A stretch of DNA of 29,724 bases from Chloroflexota bacterium (GTDB lineage: Bacteria; Chloroflexota; UBA5177): assembly GCA_051004335.1 (NCBI GenBank), contig JBPCKK010000084.1:1-29724 (forward strand), written 5' to 3'. Numbering within the stretch: position 1 is the first letter of the stretch; every line of letters starts with the position of its first letter. The notes under the pieces are model-generated. The model ran no database searches, had not been told where the DNA came from, and saw nothing but the letters and a program-made list of their open reading frames with translations. Below, piece after piece: positions 9,304 to 16,589 of the stretch. Made by a program: the position numbers and the translations under genes.

Positions 9304-10241
9304 TAGCTAGCGGCGGTGCGCTGTGGCACACCCACGGCGGTGAGCACCCGGCCCCGAACGTATCCGGCGGTGGTGGCCAGCAGACCGGCGGTAATGGCCC
9401 CGGCGCGCGCCAAGCCATACGGATCGCGCGAGAGGACCGTGTCAGCCAGGCCGCGCATCACGCCGAGAGGAAGCGTACGAAAGGTATAGGCACGCTCGGA
9501 GGCCAATGCGTCCTTTGGACCCACCAGCCGCGCCACATTCGCCTTCGAACCGCCCTCGAAATAGCAACGGGAGAGGAAGTACGACCATCGTGCTCTGCTG
9601 GGCGGAACGCGGTGCTGGATGCGCGCTTGAGGAGCATAGAGCAGAACACTGCCCGGTAGTTGGTTCCGTAATCGAATGCACAGTTCGGTTTCGTCACAGC
9701 CGTATCCCAGTTGGAAGCCACCAACCGCCATGAGGACGTCACGGCGAAAAGACATGTTGCAGCCGAAGAGATTGCGGACCGGCGCCATGCCTTCCGGCAT
9801 TCCCCGATAATCGCAGCCCACGACCCAGCCAAACTCCTCGGGAAACCAGGAGGGACGGCCAGAGGCATACATCGGCTCAGTAGCGCCACCGACGCCCACC
9901 ACGGCCTCGTCCTGGTAGCCCGCGCACAACTGCTCGAGCCAATCTGGGCTCGCAATGGCGTCGTCATCCAGAAAGGCGACAACCTCGCCACGGGCGGCCG
10001 ACATACCACTGTTTCGGGCGCCGCCCAGTCCGTGAGCCTCGTTATTTTCCACAACGATGACGTTGCATAATTCTCGTCGCGCCTGCTCAAGCAAGGTTGG
10101 ATTGTAGTCGATGACGACGATCACCTCGCCGGGTGAAGAGGTCTGGTTCAATGCCGCCTCCACACTGGCGACTAGATCCCGCCATCGATCCATCGTGTAG
10201 GCGCAGATTACTACAGAAACGTTGTGGGCGTCTACCGTCAC
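9303..10241 (-). CDS. Glycosyltransferase family 2 (GT-A)
   Basis: VSVVICAY, GGARNSG, FLDDDA (DxD), GCNMSFRR and DETELCIR motifs. Confidence 0.92.
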   Translation of the reverse strand: MTVDAHNVSVVICAYTMDRWRDLVASVEAALNQTSSPGEVIVVIDYNPTLLEQARRELCNVIVVENNEAHGLGGARNSGMSAARGEVVAFLDDDAIASPDWLEQLCAGYQDEAVVGVGGATEPMYASGRPSWFPEEFGWVVGCDYRGMPEGMAPVRNLFGCNMSFRRDVLMAVGGFQLGYGCDETELCIRLRNQLPGSVLLYAPQARIQHRVPPSRARWSYFLSRCYFEGGSKANVARLVGPKDALASERAYTFRTLPLGVMRGLADTVLSRDPYGLARAGAITAGLLATTAGYVRGRVLTAVGVPQRTAAS

Positions 10242-11167
10242 GAAGCCACCACGTACATCCGATTGCGGGCATCAGCCTGGCGAAGGCCATTGCCCTTGCG
10301 ACGATCTTCCATACCCCTGTCTAGTCTTCGGCGTTCCAGGCCGCTGCGCCGGTCGAGGCCACTACGCCGGTCGAGACCTGTTCGGCGGCCATCCTCGGTG
10401 CGTTCGCCCTCCTGGACGCCCACGCCGGCATGGCCAGCCGGTATGTAGCGGGGGCTTGGGGCGAGGCGCTCCGACATGATCGTCTTGAGAACGCGCCAAC
10501 CGTCGCGGACCGCGTTCAGATTGCTCACGCCATGAATGCGGCTCTCCTCGAAGCTGGGAACTTCGACCACGCGGAGTCCAGCCTTGGCGATCCGTACATT
10601 GATGAGCGTCTCAACCTCAAAGCCGTCGCAATCTACATTCATGTGCGGCAGACACTGCGCCCAGAAGGCGTTGTAGCCGTAGCAGAGATCGGTGTAGTTC
10701 GTCCCAAACAATCCGTTTACCAGGGCATTCAAGCCCCGGTTTCCCCAGGTGCGCAGTCTGGTGATATCGGCGCTTCCACCCTCCGGCAAGAACCGCGAGC
10801 CCTTTACAAAGTCCGCGCCGGACAGCAGCGCGGCGACAAAGAGCGGAATCTCTTGAGGATCGGTTGAGCCATCAGCGTCAAGCATGACGATGATGTCGCC
10901 TTCGCAGGCGGCGAATCCGCTGATGAGCGCGTTGCCCTTCCCGCGGCCTGTTTGATAGAGAATCCGCACGTCGGGGCATAGACGGCGTGCTACATCAACG
11001 GTGTCGTCGGTGGAGTGTCCATCCACCACGATAACTTCATGAATGCCTTCTGGTACTCGGGTGAGTACGTGTGGCAAATTTCTCGCCTCGTTCAACGTGG
11101 GGATGATGAGGCTAACCTTCAGCCGGTCCGGCAGTATCGATATCCCGGGTCGTTCCATTGTCTCCAT
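10238..11167 (-). CDS. DPM1-like GT2 (polyprenyl-phosphate glycosyltransferase family) with Arg-rich repeat tail
   Basis: VSLIIPTLNEA, VVDGHSTD, MLDADGS, FVKGSR and FEVETLI motifs. First gene of the glycan operon. The start could alternatively be ATG 11158. Confidence 0.88.
   Translation of the reverse strand: METMERPGISILPDRLKVSLIIPTLNEARNLPHVLTRVPEGIHEVIVVDGHSTDDTVDVARRLCPDVRILYQTGRGKGNALISGFAACEGDIIVMLDADGSTDPQEIPLFVAALLSGADFVKGSRFLPEGGSADITRLRTWGNRGLNALVNGLFGTNYTDLCYGYNAFWAQCLPHMNVDCDGFEVETLINVRIAKAGLRVVEVPSFEESRIHGVSNLNAVRDGWRVLKTIMSERLAPSPRYIPAGHAGVGVQEGERTEDGRRTGLDRRSGLDRRSGLERRRLDRGMEDRRKGNGLRQADARNRMYVVAS
10292..10393 (-). repeat. Degenerate 18-bp coding repeat giving RR(T/S)GL(D/E) x3 plus DRRKG
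   Basis: The minus strand reads ggtctcgaccggcgtagt / ggcctcgaccggcgcagc / ggcctggaacgccgaaga, encoding DGRRTGLDRRSGLDRRSGLERRRLDRGMEDRRKG. Confidence 0.85.
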
Positions 11168-11183
11168 GTCTCCTTATGTCTCC
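11159..11183 (-). promoter_or_regulatory. Triple GGAGACA repeat forming the ribosome-binding region of the first glycan-operon gene
   Basis: TGTCTCC occurs at 11159, 11167 and 11177 on the plus strand. The mRNA reads CAGGAGACAUAAGGAGACAUGGAGACAAUG. Confidence 0.7.
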
Positions 11184-11717
11184 TGCTACTCTTCCGACTG
11201 CGCGGCGCTGCACCTCTGCTCGCGAACAGCACGGAGAGAGGTTGCCACCGCCCGCACGGTGATTTTGTCCCTCGCCGACCTCCGAACCTTCGTTAAGCCT
11301 AGGCAAGTTTCATGCCATCGAGGCCTCACTGCGCGGGTGTAACTTCTTGCTCTGGAGCCGGCGGCGCTCCCTTCCAATCCACGGTGGGAGAGTGGTGCAT
11401 AGTCAAGGATAAATACGCACGTTCAAGATATCTAGATCACTCGTGATGTTGTCATGCAACGGTAAGAATTATGCACTTCACAAGCGTTGCCGTGCCTTCA
11501 TAGAGACATTGCCGTAATTTCCCTCGACTATTCTGGATTCAAAATACACATCGCGACCTGAGCATAGTAGGGGAAGATGAGAGGAGTGTGAGGATTGCCC
11601 GACGCTTGTTCCGCTTGGCTGCGAAAGACGGATGGATGAATACCATGGAGCCAAGTGCGGAAGTCACACCGTGCCTCCCATTTCATCGTCTCCCAGCGGT
11701 CTTACCACCGAGTCACA

Positions 11718-12152
11718 ATGATTACGATTCCGTCACAGTCTGGTGTGCCAGTCCCAAAGTGGATAAAATGGCTCACGGGACCACGTAGATCAGTGGCTTT
11801 AGCCCGCGTGACGTTCCCGGTGGATCCGGTCGACCGAGCCGAATACAGCTGGCACCCACCGTGGCGGGTTCTCAGAGCGGGAACATACTTGTATATGGCC
11901 GCACACGGGCTAAAGCCACTGTTCTACGAGAGGCTGGGCGGGGTGTGCTCTCAGCTCCCTCCAGCGCTTCGACTTCAGCCGGCGTTACCCGGTTTGGGGG
12001 TGTCTCGTCTGATCGCCGAGCACCCCGTGGTAACGTTCTTGCTAAGCGATTACCGTGAAATCTTGAAGCGGGCCTCATGTGCAGCGGCCCAGGAGCACCG
12101 CCTCATACAAGAGGCGGTGATTAAGGCACTGGAAAGACGCCAGCAACAGTAG
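11718..12152 (+). CDS. Hypothetical protein with possible C-terminal ribbon-helix-helix-like segment
   Basis: Fills the gap before the next gene. Start uncertain (11655 or 11718). The C-terminus VVTFLLSDYREILKRASCAAAQEHRLIQEAVIKALERR has a strand-helix-helix pattern. Confidence 0.5.
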   Translation: MITIPSQSGVPVPKWIKWLTGPRRSVALARVTFPVDPVDRAEYSWHPPWRVLRAGTYLYMAAHGLKPLFYERLGGVCSQLPPALRLQPALPGLGVSRLIAEHPVVTFLLSDYREILKRASCAAAQEHRLIQEAVIKALERRQQQ

Positions 12153-12227
12153 CGCAGGTGTATCGGTGGAATTCCTGTCGGGTGTAGGGTGGCATGTCAA
12201 TGCAGATCTCAACGGGGTGCATTAATA

Positions 12228-12914
12228 ATGGAAACAGAAACAGCAGTATCCGATTCTCTCCAAGAACGCGAGGAGGTGTGCCCCTTTCTGATCGGTGACG
12301 CGGATACGGAGAGATATCGTTGTGGCGCTCTGCTGTCTTCTTCACGCCTGCTGGGTAATCGGTATGTCGATACGTACTGCCGGACGGCGCGTCACACTGA
12401 TTGCGCTATATTCGCCACATACAACGCCAACGTTCACGATGCAAAACCGGCTGGGTTTGTAACGTTTCCGCAGCAGGGGAAAGCACACGGACCATGGCTG
12501 CTATCTCTTACCGGTTTCGTCGTCACGTGCGCGCTTGCCGCCTTTCTCACTACCCGATATGATCATATCGGGACAAAAGCCACGGCGAAACCGGTGCGGG
12601 CGTATCCCGTACATCCACGAACTGTCGTGCGATTCCCTTTTTCCGCACACCGCGGTGAAGGCGCGGTATTGACGGTTACCAGTCGATCCGCCGCGCCGGG
12701 TGCCGTATTCGTACAGTTGGTGAGAAAGGCCGGCACACGGACCATCAACGTGCCGGTAGCGCCAATGAGTGGGGCGGAGGTAGACCTATCGGGGGCTGCC
12801 GGCATCGGAAGTACCACACAGGTGGCAGTCCGCGCCAACGTGCCTATTCTTGCTCAGTTGATCATAATCGACTCAACCTCCGTTCGCTTGATCAAGCCGT
12901 CGACGAGACGGTAG
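12228..12914 (+). CDS. Bitopic membrane protein with N-terminal Cys/His motif and C-terminal beta-rich extracytoplasmic domain
   Basis: C-x13-C-x18-C-x4-H-x2-C (CPFL...RYRC...TYCRTARHTDC), one TM segment (WLLSLTGFVVTCALAAFL) and a beta-rich C-terminal region. Start ATG 12228 assumed. Confidence 0.7.
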   Translation: METETAVSDSLQEREEVCPFLIGDADTERYRCGALLSSSRLLGNRYVDTYCRTARHTDCAIFATYNANVHDAKPAGFVTFPQQGKAHGPWLLSLTGFVVTCALAAFLTTRYDHIGTKATAKPVRAYPVHPRTVVRFPFSAHRGEGAVLTVTSRSAAPGAVFVQLVRKAGTRTINVPVAPMSGAEVDLSGAAGIGSTTQVAVRANVPILAQLIIIDSTSVRLIKPSTRR

Positions 12915-12930
12915 ACAAGGAGAAGTATCC

Positions 12931-13068
12931 ATGGAATACTTGAGTACAGGAGAATGCGTGTCCCGTGGGAGAGCCGGCTGCGTTACTGTGACGCGGTGCG
13001 GATGTTGTTGCGATGAAAGAGTCAATGGAGAGCGTCATGCAACCGAGACAAGCGAAATCGAGATTTGA
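12931..13068 (+). CDS. Putative 45-aa Cys-rich small ORF
   Basis: AAGGAG SD 8 nt before ATG 12931, 16 nt after the previous stop. Translates to MEYLSTGECVSRGRAGCVTVTRCGCCCDERVNGERHATETSEIEI. Below the ORF-track cutoff. Confidence 0.35.
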   Translation: MEYLSTGECVSRGRAGCVTVTRCGCCCDERVNGERHATETSEIEI

Positions 13069-13675
13069 TTCCATCCTGAAGCGATTCAGCGCCTCGGCCG
13101 GCGTTGCTTGCCTACTGACCGCGGTAGTTCTGTCACTGGCTTCGAGTCGGGTTGCCATGGCCGCCGGCGTTGCGGCGAACACCAGCCTGTGTTCCTCGGT
13201 AGGCGGCGCCAGTGGATCGGTTGACTGCAAGGTAATCCCCGCGTCGGGAGCGTTCTCCTTGCAGATACCCGGCACCACGACCCAGTTGGTCGGCGCCGGT
13301 GCGTTGGACCGGGCAGGTGAGGTTATCGTCGTGAGAAGAACCAGCCTGATTTGCCCTCAATTGGGTGGCTTCGGGATTCAGATTCAAACTCCTCGCCGCA
13401 CCGGATTGTTACCGCCATTGCACTGGAAGACCGGGATGCTGTTTTCGAGGAACCATTCAACTGGCCAATGTACCGGTATCGGGAGCCCCGCGTTGGCTGC
13501 CGCGCCAGGTTTCTATCAGGTAGTGCCTGGGTTGGGAGTCCACGCCGTGGCCCGCACGGGCGGAGCTGCTAGTAGCGCAAACGCGGCCTTGGGCACGCTT
13601 AGCGTCGCCTGGCTTGCCGGGCTCGTCAGCCTCCTGCTGGGAGTTGCACTCCTGTCGCGGAGGCGTTTCGTCTAG
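13037..13675 (+). CDS. Secreted surface protein with sortase-type C-terminal sorting signal (VARTG)
   Basis: N-terminal signal peptide (...GVACLLTAVVLSLASSRVAMA). C-terminal VARTGG, hydrophobic helix and RRR tail. GGAG SD before ATG 13037; ATG 13013 is an alternative start. Confidence 0.75.
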   Translation: MQPRQAKSRFDSILKRFSASAGVACLLTAVVLSLASSRVAMAAGVAANTSLCSSVGGASGSVDCKVIPASGAFSLQIPGTTTQLVGAGALDRAGEVIVVRRTSLICPQLGGFGIQIQTPRRTGLLPPLHWKTGMLFSRNHSTGQCTGIGSPALAAAPGFYQVVPGLGVHAVARTGGAASSANAALGTLSVAWLAGLVSLLLGVALLSRRRFV

Positions 13676-13735
13676 GATGCGCGTCCGGGCCGAAATCAAC
13701 TGATCCTGAGAAGACAATCAACCGTACAACATGTG

Positions 13736-13777
13736 GTGTCCATCGTCACCGTTAGGCGACGATGGACACTATTATTC
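13736..13777 (+). terminator. Probable intrinsic terminator hairpin
   Basis: Perfect 12-bp inverted repeat GTGTCCATCGTC (13736-13747) / GACGATGGACAC (13758-13769), followed by TATTATTC, 60 nt after the surface-protein stop. Confidence 0.65.
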
Positions 13778-13827
13778 AATACTGCCGGGAGCACACGGGC
13801 GCAGATGAGTACGACTGAAACGGCAAC

Positions 13828-14340
13828 ATGGCGCGATCGCGATTAGAGCGCCTGTACTATAAACATAACTACATGACGAGAGTATTGCGGATCGGCAACT
13901 ATCTCTACAGAAAGAGAGTGCCGATTCTGCCCAACCTTATTCGCCTTGGGTTGAGAGTGGCGTTCAATTCCGATGTGCCGGTCATGATGAATGTGCCCAA
14001 GGATGTGATCTTCATGCACAACGGGATGGGCACGGTGATCCATGTTGACGTGCGCTTCCGCGGCCCGGCGTTAATCAACCATAACGTTACCTTGGGTGCG
14101 AGCTACGGCCACAGCGACGAGGCTCCGGAAATCGGCTCCTACGTGTTCATTGGCACCGGGGCCATTGTTCTCGGTGACGTCAAGATAGGTGATTGCAGCA
14201 CGGTGGGCGCCGGCGCGGTGGTACTGAAAGATGTGCCACCGCTTCATACTGCGGTCGGCGTGCCCGCGGTGGTGCGTCCATCCAACCCGGACTATATACG
14301 GCGGATTTTTGACGTCAATCCAGAGGATGTGTTGGCCTGA
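13828..14340 (+). CDS. Serine O-acetyltransferase-like hexapeptide-repeat (LbH) acyltransferase
   Basis: HNGMGTVIH, HNVTLG, IGSYVFIGTGAIVLGDVKIGDCSTVGAGAVVLKDVP and TAVGVPA. At 170 aa it lacks the CysE N-terminal helical domain. Confidence 0.85.
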   Translation: MARSRLERLYYKHNYMTRVLRIGNYLYRKRVPILPNLIRLGLRVAFNSDVPVMMNVPKDVIFMHNGMGTVIHVDVRFRGPALINHNVTLGASYGHSDEAPEIGSYVFIGTGAIVLGDVKIGDCSTVGAGAVVLKDVPPLHTAVGVPAVVRPSNPDYIRRIFDVNPEDVLA

Positions 14341-14795
14341 GATTGCGGTTCGCCTCGTGGGGGCGCCGATGACCCGCACGGGGACGGCAGCGTTCCCTCG
14401 GTGACTGTGCTCATCCGCGTCAAGCCTTCCGGCGCTTGACTGAGCCGAGCGCAGGCGATCGAGCAGAGCTGAGACACGGTTTCGATACTCTCATCAACCA
14501 GCAGATACTCGGTGATGCTCCCTTTCGTCACGCTTACCTCGTCGGCAACACCTATGGAGTACTGTCCTCTCCTCGCCGGACGGCGCACTACGAAGACCGG
14601 GTGACCGCTCTCGTCGGTCAACTGAACGTTGGCACAGTACTCGTAGCGCGGCGGGGACGTTTCGCCGGCGCGATTCGTCAGTCGGGACGAAATGCGCTTG
14701 GGGGGCGCCTGCATCTCCACCGGACGCCAGTCACGAAGATTCGGTAATTCATCAAGCGTCAGCCATCGCGCGCCATACGGCCAGATGATGTTCAC
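14292..14795 (-). CDS. Hypothetical protein (167 aa)
   Basis: GTG at 14795 preceded by GAGGGGGGAG. Fills the otherwise empty 14341-14800 interval, divergent from the GAF gene. Overlaps the acetyltransferase 3' end by 49 bp. No recognisable motif. Confidence 0.45.
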   Translation of the reverse strand: MNIIWPYGARWLTLDELPNLRDWRPVEMQAPPKRISSRLTNRAGETSPPRYEYCANVQLTDESGHPVFVVRRPARRGQYSIGVADEVSVTKGSITEYLLVDESIETVSQLCSIACARLSQAPEGLTRMSTVTEGTLPSPCGSSAPPRGEPQSQANTSSGLTSKIRRI

Positions 14796-14877
14796 ATGCT
14801 CCCCCCTCGGTATTCTGTTGTATCGGTCAGCTTCCGGGCAGTGTCTACTCGCTATAGTAAAGAATATGGGATACGAG

Positions 14878-15438
14878 ATGTCGCTCGGCACCTACTTTGA
14901 CGCACTGTACCAGATTACGCTGCGTATTAGTAGCAGTCTCGACGTAAATGAGGTACTCGCCTATCTCACCGAAGAGGCCGCCAAGGCGGTGGGCGCCAAG
15001 GCGTCCGCAGTCCGGCTGCTCGATCCCGATGGCCAGCATCTGGAGATGCGCGCGGTCTACGGCCTTAGTGAAGACTACCTGAACAAGGGTCCGGTCGAGG
15101 TGGCGCGCAGTCCGGTGGATCGAAACATCCTGGAAGGCCAGGCAACCCAGCTACCGGATGTGACCCACGACGCTAACTTCCAGTATCCGGAGGAAGCGCG
15201 GCGTGAGGGCATTGTCTCGGTGGCCAGCGTGCCCCTTATCGCCCACGGCCGCCCAATCGGCGTGTTGCGGGTCTACAGCGGGCAGCGCCGCACCTACGGC
15301 GATGACGACATGCGCTTTCTGGTGGCGACTGCCGATCTGGCCGCCCTGGCTATCGACAATGCCCGGCTCTATGACCGCATGAAGCAGAACTACGAAGAGA
15401 CGATGAATACCCTCTGGGGTGACGAACCTATCGCCTAA
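14878..15438 (+). CDS. Stand-alone GAF domain protein
   Basis: ISSSLDVNEVL, GLSEDY, DANFQYPEEARREGIVSVASVPLIAHGRPIGVLRVYS and LAALAIDNARLY are the classic GAF pattern. No output domain. Start is ATG 14878 or 14866. Confidence 0.88.
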   Translation: MSLGTYFDALYQITLRISSSLDVNEVLAYLTEEAAKAVGAKASAVRLLDPDGQHLEMRAVYGLSEDYLNKGPVEVARSPVDRNILEGQATQLPDVTHDANFQYPEEARREGIVSVASVPLIAHGRPIGVLRVYSGQRRTYGDDDMRFLVATADLAALAIDNARLYDRMKQNYEETMNTLWGDEPIA

Positions 15439-15468
15439 ACATCGCTTGATCGGAGAGGCGCCGCCCGC

Positions 15469-16524
15469 GTGATAAGCAGTCTTTCTCTACCATTCCTGCT
15501 TCTCATCTTTCTAGCCTCGGCTGCGGTGGTCTGGATTGCCGGAATCTACCTGAGCAACACCACCGATGCTATCTCCGTGCGTTTCCATCTGGGCCAGGCA
15601 TTAGCTGGGCTCATCCTGCTCGCCGTGGCCGAGGACTTGCCCGAGGTCGTCATCACAGCCAGCGGGTCGTTGTCTCATCATCTTGGTCTGGTCATCGGCA
15701 ACCTGCTCGGCGGCATCGCGGCGCAGACGGTGGTGCTGGTTGTTCTGGACGCAACGAGCATCGCAAATTATCCGTTCAGCTATCGCGCCGCCTCCCTCAC
15801 GCTCGTCCTCGAAGGAGTGAGTGGGGTCGCCGTGTTCGGCGGCGTGGTGGTAGCGGCGCAGCTTCCTGCCTCGCTCGATATAGTTCGCCTGAGTCCCGGC
15901 GCCGTGTTGGTGGCCGGACTGTGGGTCGGCGGACTCTGGCTGGTCAAGAAGGCGCGGAGTGGATTGCCCTGGCAGGAGGAAGGGCGTGCCCCCGGCCTTC
16001 CTCAGCCGTCCGCCGCGCAAAAGGCGAGTAAGGAACGCCGCCGTCAACGCAGCACCACGCATGTTCTGCTGCTCTTCGGCGCCGCCGCCCTCTGCACGTT
16101 GATCGCGGGCTATGCGCTGGAAGAAAGCAGCAATGGATTGGCCACGCATATGGGACTGAGTAGCGTCATTTTCGGCGGAACTATTCTCGCCGCTGTCACA
16201 TCGCTACCCGAGCTTTCGGTTGGGCGTCAGGCTATCAAAGATGGAGATTACGAGTTGGCGTTCAGCGAGGTCTTCGGCAGCAATGCCTTTCTTCCCGCGC
16301 TCATTCTGCTCGCCGTTCTGCTCTCCGGACAGTCTGTCCTGCCGCATGCCCATCCCACTGACATTTTCCTCGTCAGTCTGGGCATAATACTGACGTCTCT
16401 CTATATAGTGGGGCTGATCTTCCGGCCGAGGCGGCAGTACTTTCGCCTCGGAGTCGACTCCATTGCCGTACTGCTCACCTATCTGCTTGGTGTCGCCGGT
16501 CTGATAGCCGTCGCCCACGGGTAG
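15469..16524 (+). CDS. Sodium:calcium (CaCA superfamily) antiporter
   Basis: About 10 TM segments with two alpha-repeats (AVAEDLPE...GNLLGG and AVTSLPEL...SEVFGSN). GGAG/GAGG SD before GTG. Confidence 0.85.
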   Translation: MISSLSLPFLLLIFLASAAVVWIAGIYLSNTTDAISVRFHLGQALAGLILLAVAEDLPEVVITASGSLSHHLGLVIGNLLGGIAAQTVVLVVLDATSIANYPFSYRAASLTLVLEGVSGVAVFGGVVVAAQLPASLDIVRLSPGAVLVAGLWVGGLWLVKKARSGLPWQEEGRAPGLPQPSAAQKASKERRRQRSTTHVLLLFGAAALCTLIAGYALEESSNGLATHMGLSSVIFGGTILAAVTSLPELSVGRQAIKDGDYELAFSEVFGSNAFLPALILLAVLLSGQSVLPHAHPTDIFLVSLGIILTSLYIVGLIFRPRRQYFRLGVDSIAVLLTYLLGVAGLIAVAHG

Positions 16525-16589
16525 CGGTGGACGGCGCAGGCGTCGATCTCAAGCACAATGGTGAGGACAACCACCAGGGAGGACAAATC

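Noticed and set aside
10292-10393. Short repeats as a CRISPR array or mobile-element scar
   Set aside because: The units are contiguous 18-mers without spacers, in frame and degenerate at synonymous positions. No cas or transposase genes occur in the window.
11577-11788. Tiny ORF MRGV (11577-11591) and 66-aa ORF (11588-11788)
   Set aside because: SD spacing is poor for GTG 11588, there is no motif, and it overlaps the longer 11655/11718 frame. A frameshifted single gene cannot be excluded but is unsupported.
12892-13278. 128-aa minus-strand ORF
   Set aside because: Antisense to the surface protein, which has both a signal peptide and a sorting signal. No SD or motif supports it.
13828-14340. 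Calling this gene cysE
   Set aside because: It is too short, lacks the N-terminal SATase domain and has no cysteine-synthesis neighbours, so the symbol was withheld.
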